From Candidatus Nanohaloarchaea archaeon (GTDB lineage Archaea; Nanohalarchaeota; Nanosalinia; Nanosalinales; Nanosalinaceae): 64,000 bases of DNA. Under the pieces are notes generated by a model. That model was given only the letters and a program-made list of their open reading frames with translations, did no database searches and had not been told where the DNA came from. The position numbers were made by a program, and so were the translations under genes. The stretch's first letter is position 1. Every line of letters starts with the position of its first letter. Location: positions 30,043 to 94,042 of the forward strand of contig JACOQA010000004.1 in the NCBI GenBank assembly GCA_014297435.1, read 5' to 3'. This document shows, in pieces, positions 1 to 9,411 of this stretch.

Positions 1-372
1 GAATACTCCTCTCTCAAGGATTCAGAGATCGTTAAGGTATTTGAGATGGAGAAAGTTATAGTTATAGTTACTGCGGAAGGTGACGGCGCAAAAGTCGTCG
101 GAAGAAGCGGCGAAATTGTGAAAGAAGTTGCTTCTGAAGTAGATAAATCCATTCGAGTTGTCGAAAAGGCTGAAGACGACATGGACACAATCAAAGGACT
201 TCTAAGTCCTGCAGAAGTAGAGTCGATCAACACAGTCTTCATGCCTGAAGGAAAGTCGAAGAAGATCGTTGTCGACGACGAGTACACCGGCAAGATCAAC
301 CTATCGGTCGAGGAGTTCGAGGAGATTATCAAGGAAATCACCGACACGCCTTACAAGCTGTCGTTCGAATAA
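1..372 (+). CDS. KH-domain RNA-binding protein (NusA-like); 5' end probably outside window
   Basis: Frame 1 is open from nt 1, with no stop before the listed ATG at 46. GxxG KH loop in AKVVGRSGEIVKEV. Acidic composition like the rest of the proteome. Confidence 0.4.
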   Translation, partial: EYSSLKDSEIVKVFEMEKVIVIVTAEGDGAKVVGRSGEIVKEVASEVDKSIRVVEKAEDDMDTIKGLLSPAEVESINTVFMPEGKSKKIVVDDEYTGKINLSVEEFEEIIKEITDTPYKLSFE

Positions 373-408
373 CTCCTTACCCAATTTTCCATTCTATTCT
401 GCTTGTTC

Positions 409-415
409 TTAAGAA
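409..415 (+). promoter_or_regulatory. TATA-like box TTAAGAA, 29 nt before the ABCE1 ATG
   Basis: Recurrent motif and spacing. Confidence 0.35.
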
Positions 416-437
416 TCTTCTTCTCATAATCTAGAGT

Positions 438-2234
438 ATGTCGACAGGGAAAAACTCGAAGAAGTTTATCGTAACTATAGATCAGGAGAAGATCGAACCA
501 GACCTAGCCCGAGAGACAGTAATCAAGTACGACCCGTTAAACCGTTCTGGACAGGAAGGCGGCTTCTATATTGATGAGAATGAGGAGCTTCATATCGATA
601 ATGAGAAAGTTATGGAAGCTCATAAGATGGCGATTAACCGGTATCCTTACGAGAACGCGATCCAGATGATCCAGCTTCCTTTTGAGGAAGGAGAGAAAGT
701 CCACCAGTTCCATGACAACAGTTTCCGGCTTTACGGTCTTCCTGTACCTGAGAACGGAAGAGTTACCGGAATAATAGGTAAAAACGGCATAGGAAAGTCA
801 GTCTCATTGAATATTCTTTCCGGCGAACTAAAACCTAACCTCGGTAATTTCGAAAAACCCCCTGAGTGGGACGAGATAGTGAAAGAATATCGTGGAACCG
901 GCCTACAGACTCATTTCGAAGAGCTATCAAGCGAAGGGATAGAATCAGCTTTCAAACCTCAACAGGTTGAAAGACTGCCTCAAGCATATGAGGGAAAGGT
1001 CAGAGAGCTGCTTGAAGGTGTCGACGAAAAAGATAGTTTAGAGGAAATTGCGGAGGAGGTCGATATTGATCATCTTCTTGATCGTGAACTTAAGCAGCTA
1101 TCTGGCGGAGAGCTTCAGAGAGTTGCTATCGCATCCACCTTACTGAAGGATGCTGAACTTTACATGTTCGACGAACCTAGCTCATTCCTCGATGTAAAGC
1201 AGCGTCTAAAGACAGGAAGAAAAATTAGAGAGATTGGCGAAAAACAGGAAAATACAGTTCTGGCTGTTGAACACGATCTTGCAACCTTAGATTTAATCTC
1301 TGATAACATCCATATCTTCTACGGAGAACAAGCAAGCTACGGAATGGTCTCGAAAGCCCTTTCTACAAGAGAAGGTATTAACAACTATCTTGACGGTTAT
1401 CTTCCTGCTTCAAACGTACGTTTCCGTTCGAACTCGATAAAGTTTGACAGAACCAAGCGATCTCAGGTCGAAAAGAAACCTGTAGTCCTGAGCTTCGACG
1501 AAATGGCAAAGGACTTTGGTGAGGGAGAGTTTGAACTTGAAATCGAATCCGGAAAGGTACACGAGGAAGAAGTGCTTGCAATATTTGGCGAAAACGGTTT
1601 AGGTAAGACAGTGTTTGCAAAGATGTTGGCAGGAGCTATCGAAACAGATGAAGGAGAATCACCAGATATCTCGATCTCCTACAAACCACAGTACCTCGAG
1701 GCTGAGAACGAGACAGTCAAGGAAGCTATCTCGAACTATGTCAATCCGGAGAACAAGAAGTTTGAAAACCGTATTGCTGAGCCTCTAAACTTGGAAGATC
1801 TCTACGAAAACAACCTAGAAGAGCTTTCGGGAGGAGAGCTTCAGAAAGTAGGGATCGCTATCTGTCTTTCAAGAGATGCAGAGGTCTATCTACTTGACGA
1901 ACCTTCTGCTTACTTGGATGTTGAATCCAGGGTTGAGCTTGGAAAGATGTTGAAGCGTTTCGCTAGGAAGGAGGGGAAACCTCTGATGATCATCGATCAC
2001 GATCTTATGATGCTTGACTATGTTGCGGATAGAGGCATGGTGTTCAAAGGAGAACCAGGTAAAGGTGGAGAAGGTTCTAAGCCTATGAGTATCGGTAAAG
2101 CGATGGACTCTTTCTTGGAAGAAGTTGATATTACTTTCAGAAAGGATCCGGATTCGGGACGTTTGAGAGCGAATAAACCTGGAAGCCAGAAGGATCAGGA
2201 TCAGAGAAGTTCTGGAGAATACTACGAAAAGTAA
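438..2234 (+). CDS. abce1: ABCE1 (RNase L inhibitor-type ribosome recycling ATPase) with a cysteine-free N-terminal FeS-domain homologue
   Basis: Two Walker A loops (GIIGKNGIGKS, IFGENGLGKT), two LSGGELQ signatures and Walker B motifs (LYMFDEPSS, VYLLDEPSA). The N-terminus ends in the ABCE1-typical NAIQMIQLP. Confidence 0.9.
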   Translation: MSTGKNSKKFIVTIDQEKIEPDLARETVIKYDPLNRSGQEGGFYIDENEELHIDNEKVMEAHKMAINRYPYENAIQMIQLPFEEGEKVHQFHDNSFRLYGLPVPENGRVTGIIGKNGIGKSVSLNILSGELKPNLGNFEKPPEWDEIVKEYRGTGLQTHFEELSSEGIESAFKPQQVERLPQAYEGKVRELLEGVDEKDSLEEIAEEVDIDHLLDRELKQLSGGELQRVAIASTLLKDAELYMFDEPSSFLDVKQRLKTGRKIREIGEKQENTVLAVEHDLATLDLISDNIHIFYGEQASYGMVSKALSTREGINNYLDGYLPASNVRFRSNSIKFDRTKRSQVEKKPVVLSFDEMAKDFGEGEFELEIESGKVHEEEVLAIFGENGLGKTVFAKMLAGAIETDEGESPDISISYKPQYLEAENETVKEAISNYVNPENKKFENRIAEPLNLEDLYENNLEELSGGELQKVGIAICLSRDAEVYLLDEPSAYLDVESRVELGKMLKRFARKEGKPLMIIDHDLMMLDYVADRGMVFKGEPGKGGEGSKPMSIGKAMDSFLEEVDITFRKDPDSGRLRANKPGSQKDQDQRSSGEYYEK

Positions 2235-2267
2235 AGAAGCTTTGAAACCAATATTTTTCTCTGGTGA

Positions 2268-3122
2268 ATGAAAATATTGAAAACTGTAGCAAGGGCTCTC
2301 TTGAGAGATGAAGAAGGAAAATTCCTTGTTGTGCCGGCAGATGAGCCTGAAAACTCATGGAGTCTTCCAGGTATTGAGTTAAATGATGTAGAGAATCGGA
2401 AAAGACGGCTTTCTATATCTCTTAATGACATGGGAATTGAAACTGAGAATCCTAAGGATGTAGTGAGAATAGCTACTGAGACAGATGATAATATAGAGCG
2501 ATATGTCATCTATTTTGATGATTTTTCAGGCGAGATTGAAGAGGGTCGATGGGTGACAGGAAAAGAATTTTTAGAGTTAGAGGAATCGCCTGAAGCAGGT
2601 CTTTATATTGTTCCTATGTGTTTTCTTGACAGCTATCTTGAGACCGAAGCAAATTATGGAGTAAAAGGTCATGAGCTGGATGTTGAGAAGACTTTGGTTT
2701 CAGATGGCAGCAAACTGTTGATGTTGAAGAAGGCGCGTCGTCTCAAGGTCTCAAGTTCAGAGGTTGTTGATAGGTACGGCGAGATGTCTAAGTGTTGGGA
2801 ACAACCTGGAGGAATTATTGAAGATGATGAAAACCGGTTTGAGGCGGCGAAGAGAGAACTAAAGGAGGAAACCAGCCTCGAAGTCAAAGAGCTAAAAGGT
2901 TTCATGAGAATGGAAATAGAACATATCAACACTGTAAAATGTTACATTCTATTTACAGAGAGTTTTTCCGGCGAGGTCGAACTGTCCAAAGAGCATACAG
3001 AATTTCGTTGGATAGAACCTAAAGAGTTTAGAGGGCTTGAATGGCATCGTGACGCCGGATACGGTATAGCAGCGATTGAAAACCTTGACTTACTACTTAG
3101 GAAAAATTATAACCGGAACTAA
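2268..3122 (+). CDS. Nudix hydrolase: degenerate N-terminal Nudix-like half plus canonical C-terminal Nudix domain
   Basis: Nudix box GGIIEDDENRFEAAKRELKEETSLEV in the C-terminal half. The N-terminal half (WSLPGIELNDVENRKRRLSISLNDMGIE) keeps the spacing but not the catalytic residues. Confidence 0.7.
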   Translation: MKILKTVARALLRDEEGKFLVVPADEPENSWSLPGIELNDVENRKRRLSISLNDMGIETENPKDVVRIATETDDNIERYVIYFDDFSGEIEEGRWVTGKEFLELEESPEAGLYIVPMCFLDSYLETEANYGVKGHELDVEKTLVSDGSKLLMLKKARRLKVSSSEVVDRYGEMSKCWEQPGGIIEDDENRFEAAKRELKEETSLEVKELKGFMRMEIEHINTVKCYILFTESFSGEVELSKEHTEFRWIEPKEFRGLEWHRDAGYGIAAIENLDLLLRKNYNRN

Positions 3123-3153
3123 TATTAGGTTTTAACTACTAAAAAATAGTTTA

Positions 3154-3834
3154 ATGGAACTTTCAAACCTACACGAAATACAGGTCTCTATACTCAAGCA
3201 ACTGGGGTACGAGGAGCAAAAAAGTTTCTCTGAGCTTCAGGGAGACTTTCCTAGCAACAAGCTGGCTTTCCACCTAAATCAATTACAGGAGAAGAATATA
3301 ATTGAGAAAAAGGACGACCTGTATGTTACTACCAAAAAAGGCAGAGAGATAATCATTGAATTCTTGGGTGCGGATACCTCTAACCCCGTCACACTCTTGA
3401 GTCTGGTTATCTGCTCAGACGACAATGTTTACCTTGAATACCAGTCCAATCCGTTAACTATTTTCAAGGATATGTACAGGCTTCCGACGGACAAGGTTCG
3501 AACTCGGGAAAGACTTAGTGAGACAGCTGAAAGGATTTACAGGGAAAGAACTGGTGAAGAACCGGAAAACTTTGAGAAAATGGGTGTTTTCGACAAGGTA
3601 GTTGAACTGAAAGACGGTGTTGAACAAAGATACCTTCTTTTCTATCTCAAAACCGAGTATGAAGGAGATCTCGACAATCTTGTGTCTATGTCGGAACTAG
3701 AAAGCCTTGAATTAATTCCAGGAGTTAAGAAGGTGATAAAAGAGGTCCACGGCGAACAAGAATGTGATTTTGTCGGAGACTGGGAAGTTAAGCAGACTCA
3801 GGAAGGGTTCATCAACAAGAAATTCGACCTTTGA
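3154..3834 (+). CDS. Winged-helix DNA-binding protein with a C-terminal Nudix-like (degenerate) region
   Basis: The N-terminus IQVSILKQLGYEEQKSFSELQGDFPSNKLAFHLNQLQEKNIIEKK resembles an ArsR/MarR-type wHTH. The C-terminal SETAERIYRERTGEE resembles a decayed Nudix box. Confidence 0.45.
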   Translation: MELSNLHEIQVSILKQLGYEEQKSFSELQGDFPSNKLAFHLNQLQEKNIIEKKDDLYVTTKKGREIIIEFLGADTSNPVTLLSLVICSDDNVYLEYQSNPLTIFKDMYRLPTDKVRTRERLSETAERIYRERTGEEPENFEKMGVFDKVVELKDGVEQRYLLFYLKTEYEGDLDNLVSMSELESLELIPGVKKVIKEVHGEQECDFVGDWEVKQTQEGFINKKFDL

Positions 3835-3907
3835 TAGAGAAAAGATTTAAAAACGTTAAGCTCAATTGTACTGTTTGTCAAGTCGATTTGAGTCGAGGTG
3901 ATAGTTC

Positions 3908-4381
3908 ATGGAGATGATAACCAAATCCTGTGCTGAAGAGATTATTGAAGTATCAAATATTGAGAGTAGAGTAACAGAGACTCACTTCCTTTTCGGCAGA
4001 AACGATGTTTTCTCATTTGAAGAAGACGGATCTGTTTTCACTCTTATTGAGACCGATGAAACTAACTTCCTTATCCATGACTTTGTCTCACAGGGTAAGG
4101 AAGAGAGAAAGATTTCAGAAGTAGATCGAGAAGATGCTGTTGAGTTCCTAGAAAATACAGGGCATAAACCTTTCATGAGGCTTGACATAGAACGTTTCGA
4201 GATTGATAATGGAGATGAATCGTTTACTGTAGAGAAAGTCGAACAGTTAGGCTACTTTTCTGGTAAAGACTCTGACTCGAAAAGAAACTATGGAGAGCTT
4301 CTGAAGGATAAAATGATCAAGGACAAGGAGAAGAATGAGGAAGTGCATCGAGGCGCGAAAAAGGTACTGAACCTTTCATAA
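3908..4381 (+). CDS. Hypothetical acidic protein
   Basis: 157-aa ORF with proteome-typical acidic composition. GAGGTG Shine-Dalgarno-like motif 8 nt upstream of the ATG. No motif recognised. Confidence 0.4.
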   Translation: MEMITKSCAEEIIEVSNIESRVTETHFLFGRNDVFSFEEDGSVFTLIETDETNFLIHDFVSQGKEERKISEVDREDAVEFLENTGHKPFMRLDIERFEIDNGDESFTVEKVEQLGYFSGKDSDSKRNYGELLKDKMIKDKEKNEEVHRGAKKVLNLS

Positions 4382-4392
4382 CTGGTCTGGTT

Positions 4393-4399
4393 TTAAGAA
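4393..4399 (+). promoter_or_regulatory. TATA-like box TTAAGAA, 29 nt before the rps17e ATG
   Basis: Recurrent motif and spacing. Confidence 0.35.
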
Positions 4400-4421
4400 G
4401 TTTTAGGTCTGTTTTTTCTAT

Positions 4422-4625
4422 ATGGGACGTGTAAGACCTACATACATCAAGAGACTTGCAAAAGACCTGGTAGAAGCCGATCCTGAAAGCTTCTCAGAGG
4501 AGTTCGAAGAGAACAAAGAAGAACTAAATGATAAAGCAGATTTCAAGTCGAAGAAGCTAAGGAACAGAGTAGCTGGGTATATTGTCAGAGTCGTGCAGAA
4601 TAGAGAAGACCCGACACCAGCATAA
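4422..4625 (+). CDS. rps17e: 30S ribosomal protein S17e
   Basis: MGRVRPTYIKRLAKDL...KKLRNRVAGYIVR matches the conserved S17e N-terminus and the RNRIAGY motif. The size (67 aa) is typical. Confidence 0.85.
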   Translation: MGRVRPTYIKRLAKDLVEADPESFSEEFEENKEELNDKADFKSKKLRNRVAGYIVRVVQNREDPTPA

Positions 4626-6954
4626 TGAAGAATAACTGAACCGTACCTATTCCGGGAACTTCTTGAGCTGGAGAAGTAGGATTTGAACTTGTTACAAGGA
4701 CGGGCAGTTTTTTCACTGTCTTAGTATTGAAATTACGGTTTCTTGTAGTTACTGTTAATTCTCTCTCCTCCTGATCATTTGAGGGAGAGTTTGGAGTTAC
4801 TTCTGCTAGAAATCTTTCGGATTCTCCAGGTCCTAGTTCGAACGCGATGTCCTTCTTTCCGTTTGACTGAAATCTGCTATTGACTCCGGAAAGATTTAAG
4901 AACAGTCTACGCGGATCACTGTAATCAACAAGATTAGTTACTTTAATAGGAACAACCTTGGTGTTTTTATGAGACGTTACTAATGAGCCGTATTCGTATT
5001 CTATGGTTGGTTGAACACGAAAGCTCGATCCGATAACTTTTTCGAAAGAGAAGGTTTCTACCGTTCTATCAACTCCATCATATACTTCGATTCTCCAGCG
5101 CATCTGACCCAAATCCCTCACCTTCCAATCTGTGCCTATCCTGTTTTCATCCGCCACAGATAGTTTGTCGCCAATCAGAGTTCCATCGTTAGCATTATAG
5201 AAACTGACATCAACAGAATCATTGTTTCTATCTTCAACTAGAGCACTGATATCTACTGGATAGCGGAAGGCATAACCATCGTCCTCAGGATCAGGATTAC
5301 TTATTACGGGAGGAGGGTTTTCAACGTAGTAATCTTTTTCGTAAACTGATGTAGCTCCGTTTGCATCTCTTAGACGGAACGTAAAGTTGTACCATCTTTC
5401 AGCCTCGTTCGGCACAATTTGACTAGTTAGAAACTTTCTCTGGTTACCCGCAAGATTTTGCTCATTTAACTGCGCCCCATCAATCTCTAAGTTTGATCCC
5501 TCCTTCATGCTGTAAGTTCCATCAACTCCTGAAACTGAGTAATGCTCGACGTTGAAGCTTGTCTGAAACTCTCTGTTCCAGTCTGGATGGTCTAATTGCG
5601 AAGGATCAAAAGAAGAAACTATCTGTGAAGGATAACCAAGCTCGACACGATTGTTTCCCTCATTAGGCTCCAGTGTTTTGCCATCTCCATACGAAGTTGA
5701 ATCCCATAGTCCCTTTGGGTCTATATGAGCGTAGATGGGCTCGTTATCAGAGAAGAGACTATTTGAGGACGAGAAACTGATATCGAACTGCTGTGATTCT
5801 CCAGGATCTAGAACTCCTACTTGTCTTTCTATCTTGGTGCTCCCGGATTGATCTCTTATCCATAACTTTCTGGGCTTTGAAGCTGTGTTACCTGAGTTGG
5901 TTACTTCTACTTTTATACGGACAGTTCCGTCCGATGATTTTCTTACAAGACTGTGGTCTGAAATAGCAAAGTCGACGTATTTCACATCCATTTGGTTTGA
6001 ACTGCTGAAGTCGTATTCTACAGTGTTTCCGTTCGCTTTCTGAATTCTGATATAGGACTGACCTGTTTTCCGTGGATAATTGCCGTAAAATGTAGGTCTC
6101 CAGACGAATTTCTCTGAATGGATGCCGCCAGATAGATCTAGACCTGAAATTGTGTAGTCTCTGACATCTCCATAAGTATTTGAGTCCGTAAATGTGTCAA
6201 ATGAGTGAGTCTGGTCATTGTAAACCGGATGGAGCTGTCCTGACGCTCCTGAACCTGCTTCCTGCGAGATATCATCAAGTATTTTATCCCAGTCGGTTCC
6301 GAAAGAATAGTGAGATCCACCTGTGGTGTCAGGAAGATCGTTCGCTACAGCGTTATAACCTCCACAACTGAGATCATCCGTGACTGTGAATACTTTGTAT
6401 CCCTGACTATCCAGAGTGTCTGCCATGTTCTTTATTGATGAGGGCGAGTGAACTCCCGCCCCCACAACCAGTATCATGATCTTGCGTTGTCCTGACTGCC
6501 AGTTTAAATTGTTTAAAGAGTTTGAAAGTCCCCCCGATGCATCCTCCTCGCAGTCTGCTCCACCTCCCGCCGAAATACTGTTAACTGAGGACTCTAACGT
6601 ATTTTCACTTGTAGTGAATGTCTGATCAACAGAGGCTGAATCCTTAAACGTGACTATTGAACCTCTAGCATCTGAACCTAGACCTTGAAAGAATGACTTG
6701 ATATTGTTCTTAATCCCATCTATCTGACTTCCCATTGAACCCGTATCGTCGATTATGAATGAGACCTGAACAGGTTCTAACTCCTCCACTTCGTATTCAA
6801 ACGTCGAGTTAATCATCCGTCCCATCACAAATTCGCCATCATCATCTCCATCAACAGTTGAATGCGACTGGCTCAGTATTTCCGTGTCAGCAGTCGCTGA
6901 ACTAAGTAAAGTGAAGAGTATAAGAAGTGGCAGAATTTTGCTAAGGGAGATCAT
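4585..6954 (-). CDS. Secreted von Willebrand factor A (vWA) domain surface protein with CARDB-like region and C-terminal PGIG+TM tail
   Basis: Signal peptide (ILPLLILFTLLSSATA). MIDAS-like FIIDDTGSMGS. EGNNR motif of CARDB-type domains. C-terminus is VPGIGTVQLFFIMLVSGLLYSARL. Confidence 0.8.
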   Translation of the reverse strand: MISLSKILPLLILFTLLSSATADTEILSQSHSTVDGDDDGEFVMGRMINSTFEYEVEELEPVQVSFIIDDTGSMGSQIDGIKNNIKSFFQGLGSDARGSIVTFKDSASVDQTFTTSENTLESSVNSISAGGGADCEEDASGGLSNSLNNLNWQSGQRKIMILVVGAGVHSPSSIKNMADTLDSQGYKVFTVTDDLSCGGYNAVANDLPDTTGGSHYSFGTDWDKILDDISQEAGSGASGQLHPVYNDQTHSFDTFTDSNTYGDVRDYTISGLDLSGGIHSEKFVWRPTFYGNYPRKTGQSYIRIQKANGNTVEYDFSSSNQMDVKYVDFAISDHSLVRKSSDGTVRIKVEVTNSGNTASKPRKLWIRDQSGSTKIERQVGVLDPGESQQFDISFSSSNSLFSDNEPIYAHIDPKGLWDSTSYGDGKTLEPNEGNNRVELGYPSQIVSSFDPSQLDHPDWNREFQTSFNVEHYSVSGVDGTYSMKEGSNLEIDGAQLNEQNLAGNQRKFLTSQIVPNEAERWYNFTFRLRDANGATSVYEKDYYVENPPPVISNPDPEDDGYAFRYPVDISALVEDRNNDSVDVSFYNANDGTLIGDKLSVADENRIGTDWKVRDLGQMRWRIEVYDGVDRTVETFSFEKVIGSSFRVQPTIEYEYGSLVTSHKNTKVVPIKVTNLVDYSDPRRLFLNLSGVNSRFQSNGKKDIAFELGPGESERFLAEVTPNSPSNDQEERELTVTTRNRNFNTKTVKKLPVLVTSSNPTSPAQEVPGIGTVQLFFIMLVSGLLYSARL

Positions 6955-6959
6955 ATTGG

Positions 6960-9365
6960 TTAGATAGAACTGGCTCGTTCAAAAGTTCTTCCGTAAGATC
7001 CGTAGAGACCTGCTTGAATCATTAAAGCCATTATAAAGATAAAAATAATCTGTATCGATCCTATTCCTGGCACCTCTTTCGATGGCGAGACTGAACTAGA
7101 CTCTCTAACTAACACAGGAAGCTTTCTCACTGTCTCAGTGTTGAAATTCCGGTTTCTGGTAGTTACTACAAGATTTCGTTTTTCAGTTTTACCTGATGGC
7201 GGATTAGGAACAACCTCTATCAGAAATCTTTCGGATTCTCCAGGTCCTAGCTCGAAGCCTATATCCTCTTTACCATTGGATTGGAATCTGCTATTCACTC
7301 CCGATAAATTGACTGCTAGTTTACGTGGTTCACTGTAGTCGACAAGATTAGTAACAGTCAAAGGAACAACCTTAGTATTTTTATGGGATGTGACAAGTGA
7401 GCCGTATTCGTATTCTATGGTTGGACGGACTCGAAAGCTCGATCCGATAACCTTCTGAAAATTGTAAGTCCGGGTGGTGGTGTCAACGCCGTCGTATACC
7501 TCCATTCTCCAGCGCAACTGCCCTAATTCTCTTACATTCCAATCTGCGCCTATGCGTGTCCCGTCACCCATCGAGAGCTTTTCATCTATCAAATAACCGT
7601 TATTATCATTGTAAAACCTGATATCAACAGAATCGTTATTCCTATCTTCGACCATTGCACTTAGCTCTACAGGATAACGGAAAGCATAACCATCATCTTC
7701 CGGATCAGGATCACTTATAACCGGAGGAGGATTTTCAACATAGTAGTTTTTCTCGTAAACTGATCTAGCGCCATTAGGTCCTGTTAATGTAAATGTGAAG
7801 TTGTACCATCTTTCGGCTTCATCAGGAACCAAATTGCCTGTCAGAAACTTCCTTCTATTCCCTGTCAGACTCTGTTCACTCAAAGGTTGTCCATCAGCTT
7901 CAATCTCTGTTCCTTCTTTAAGTTTGAAGGTTCCATCAACCTCTGAACTTGAGTAGTGTTCTACATTAAAGCTTGTCTCAAACTCGCGGTTCCAGTCAGG
8001 ATGGTTTAGCTCCACAGGGTTAAAGTTCGAAACCAGCCGAGGCGGATAACCAAGCTCGACACGATTGTTTCCCTCATTAGGCTCCAGTGTTTTACCTTCT
8101 CCGTATGATGTAGAGTCCCATTCTCCTCGAGGATCTACATGGGCAAAGACAGCTTCATTATCCGAGAAAACTGCATTACTGGTCGAAAAATCAAAATTAT
8201 ATGTCTTAGTTTCACTTGGATTAAGAGGAGAAAGATCTCGTTCAATCTTGTTGCCTGAACTGTCTACTAATCGGAATATTCTCTGCTTTGATGCTTCATT
8301 CCCACGGTTTTCCACAGTCACAGAAACTCGGATTCTGCCCTGTAAATTCTTATTGTATTCAACTGAGGTATCAACGATATCAAAATCCACATAGTTTATT
8401 TCTCGTCTATCTTCACTCGAGAAATCATAGATCGTTGTATCACCATCCTCGGTCAACCTGAAGTAAGAGTTACCTGTCTTTAACACCCGGTTCTGACCCT
8501 TTGACGTGTAGCTCCAAGGCATCTCAAATGAGTTAGAACCTTCCTTAACGTTCCTGTCGAAGACGTATTCCTTTTGACCGCTCGAAAGTATATTGTCAGG
8601 GGCGTAAGTAAATGATTTAGAGTTTTCAGGCATAATTATATGGAGTTCAGCACTTCTGTCCGTGCTAACCGCTTCTCTAATTGAATTATATACCTTATCT
8701 ACTGTTCCGGACCGAGCATACCAACATCTATCGCTATCATCGTTCTCAGATGAGTATGTAGAACAAGATTCACCGGTAAGCATGCTTTCGAACTCGCCTG
8801 TGCATGCACCACTGCCGTACATGATTGCATGTATCTCTATTCCATCTTCTCTTGCATTGTTCGCTTGTGTGGTAGCGGATCCTCCACAACCATCCCCTAA
8901 AACAATCATAACCTGGTTGGGGTTGGAGCCGCCATTCAATGCACTATGACCCTCTGAGACTGCTGAAGAGTGATCTGTACCTCCTCCGGAAGAAAGACCA
9001 TTTATTGCGCTTTTTGCCTTTGATTTACTTGATGTCAGGCTCTGAACTGTGCTGGCTCCGGATGAAAAGGAAACCACAGCGTTTTGATCGCCCTTTCCGG
9101 TATTTGTATTGTCTACATAATTTTTGGCTCCGCTTTGAGCACTGGAGAGGGCTCCGCCTCCCATACTGCCTGACGTGTCTATCACAAGCGCGGTATCTAT
9201 AGGCTGATACGTGACCGTTATGTCCCAGTTAAAGTCAGTGGTCAACTGTCTGCCCATAACCTCCTCACCTGATATCGAGTAGTCTAGGTTGCTTGCAGGC
9301 GCCGAAACCACCGCTGCTAAAAGAGGCAAGAATAACAGAAATAAAATTCCTCTCGAGAATCTCAT
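6960..9365 (-). CDS. Secreted vWA domain surface protein, tandem paralogue of 4585..6954
   Basis: Signal peptide (ILFLLFLPLLAAVVSA). MIDAS DTSGSMGG. The C-terminal 450 aa are collinear with the neighbour, with identical peptides such as GKTLEPNEGNNRVELGYP. It also has a PGIG+TM tail. Confidence 0.8.
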   Translation of the reverse strand: MRFSRGILFLLFLPLLAAVVSAPASNLDYSISGEEVMGRQLTTDFNWDITVTYQPIDTALVIDTSGSMGGGALSSAQSGAKNYVDNTNTGKGDQNAVVSFSSGASTVQSLTSSKSKAKSAINGLSSGGGTDHSSAVSEGHSALNGGSNPNQVMIVLGDGCGGSATTQANNAREDGIEIHAIMYGSGACTGEFESMLTGESCSTYSSENDDSDRCWYARSGTVDKVYNSIREAVSTDRSAELHIIMPENSKSFTYAPDNILSSGQKEYVFDRNVKEGSNSFEMPWSYTSKGQNRVLKTGNSYFRLTEDGDTTIYDFSSEDRREINYVDFDIVDTSVEYNKNLQGRIRVSVTVENRGNEASKQRIFRLVDSSGNKIERDLSPLNPSETKTYNFDFSTSNAVFSDNEAVFAHVDPRGEWDSTSYGEGKTLEPNEGNNRVELGYPPRLVSNFNPVELNHPDWNREFETSFNVEHYSSSEVDGTFKLKEGTEIEADGQPLSEQSLTGNRRKFLTGNLVPDEAERWYNFTFTLTGPNGARSVYEKNYYVENPPPVISDPDPEDDGYAFRYPVELSAMVEDRNNDSVDIRFYNDNNGYLIDEKLSMGDGTRIGADWNVRELGQLRWRMEVYDGVDTTTRTYNFQKVIGSSFRVRPTIEYEYGSLVTSHKNTKVVPLTVTNLVDYSEPRKLAVNLSGVNSRFQSNGKEDIGFELGPGESERFLIEVVPNPPSGKTEKRNLVVTTRNRNFNTETVRKLPVLVRESSSVSPSKEVPGIGSIQIIFIFIMALMIQAGLYGSYGRTFERASSI

Positions 9366-9411
9366 TAATAACTTCTTACAATTGTTTCAATAAAAATATG
9401 GCATTTTTTAC

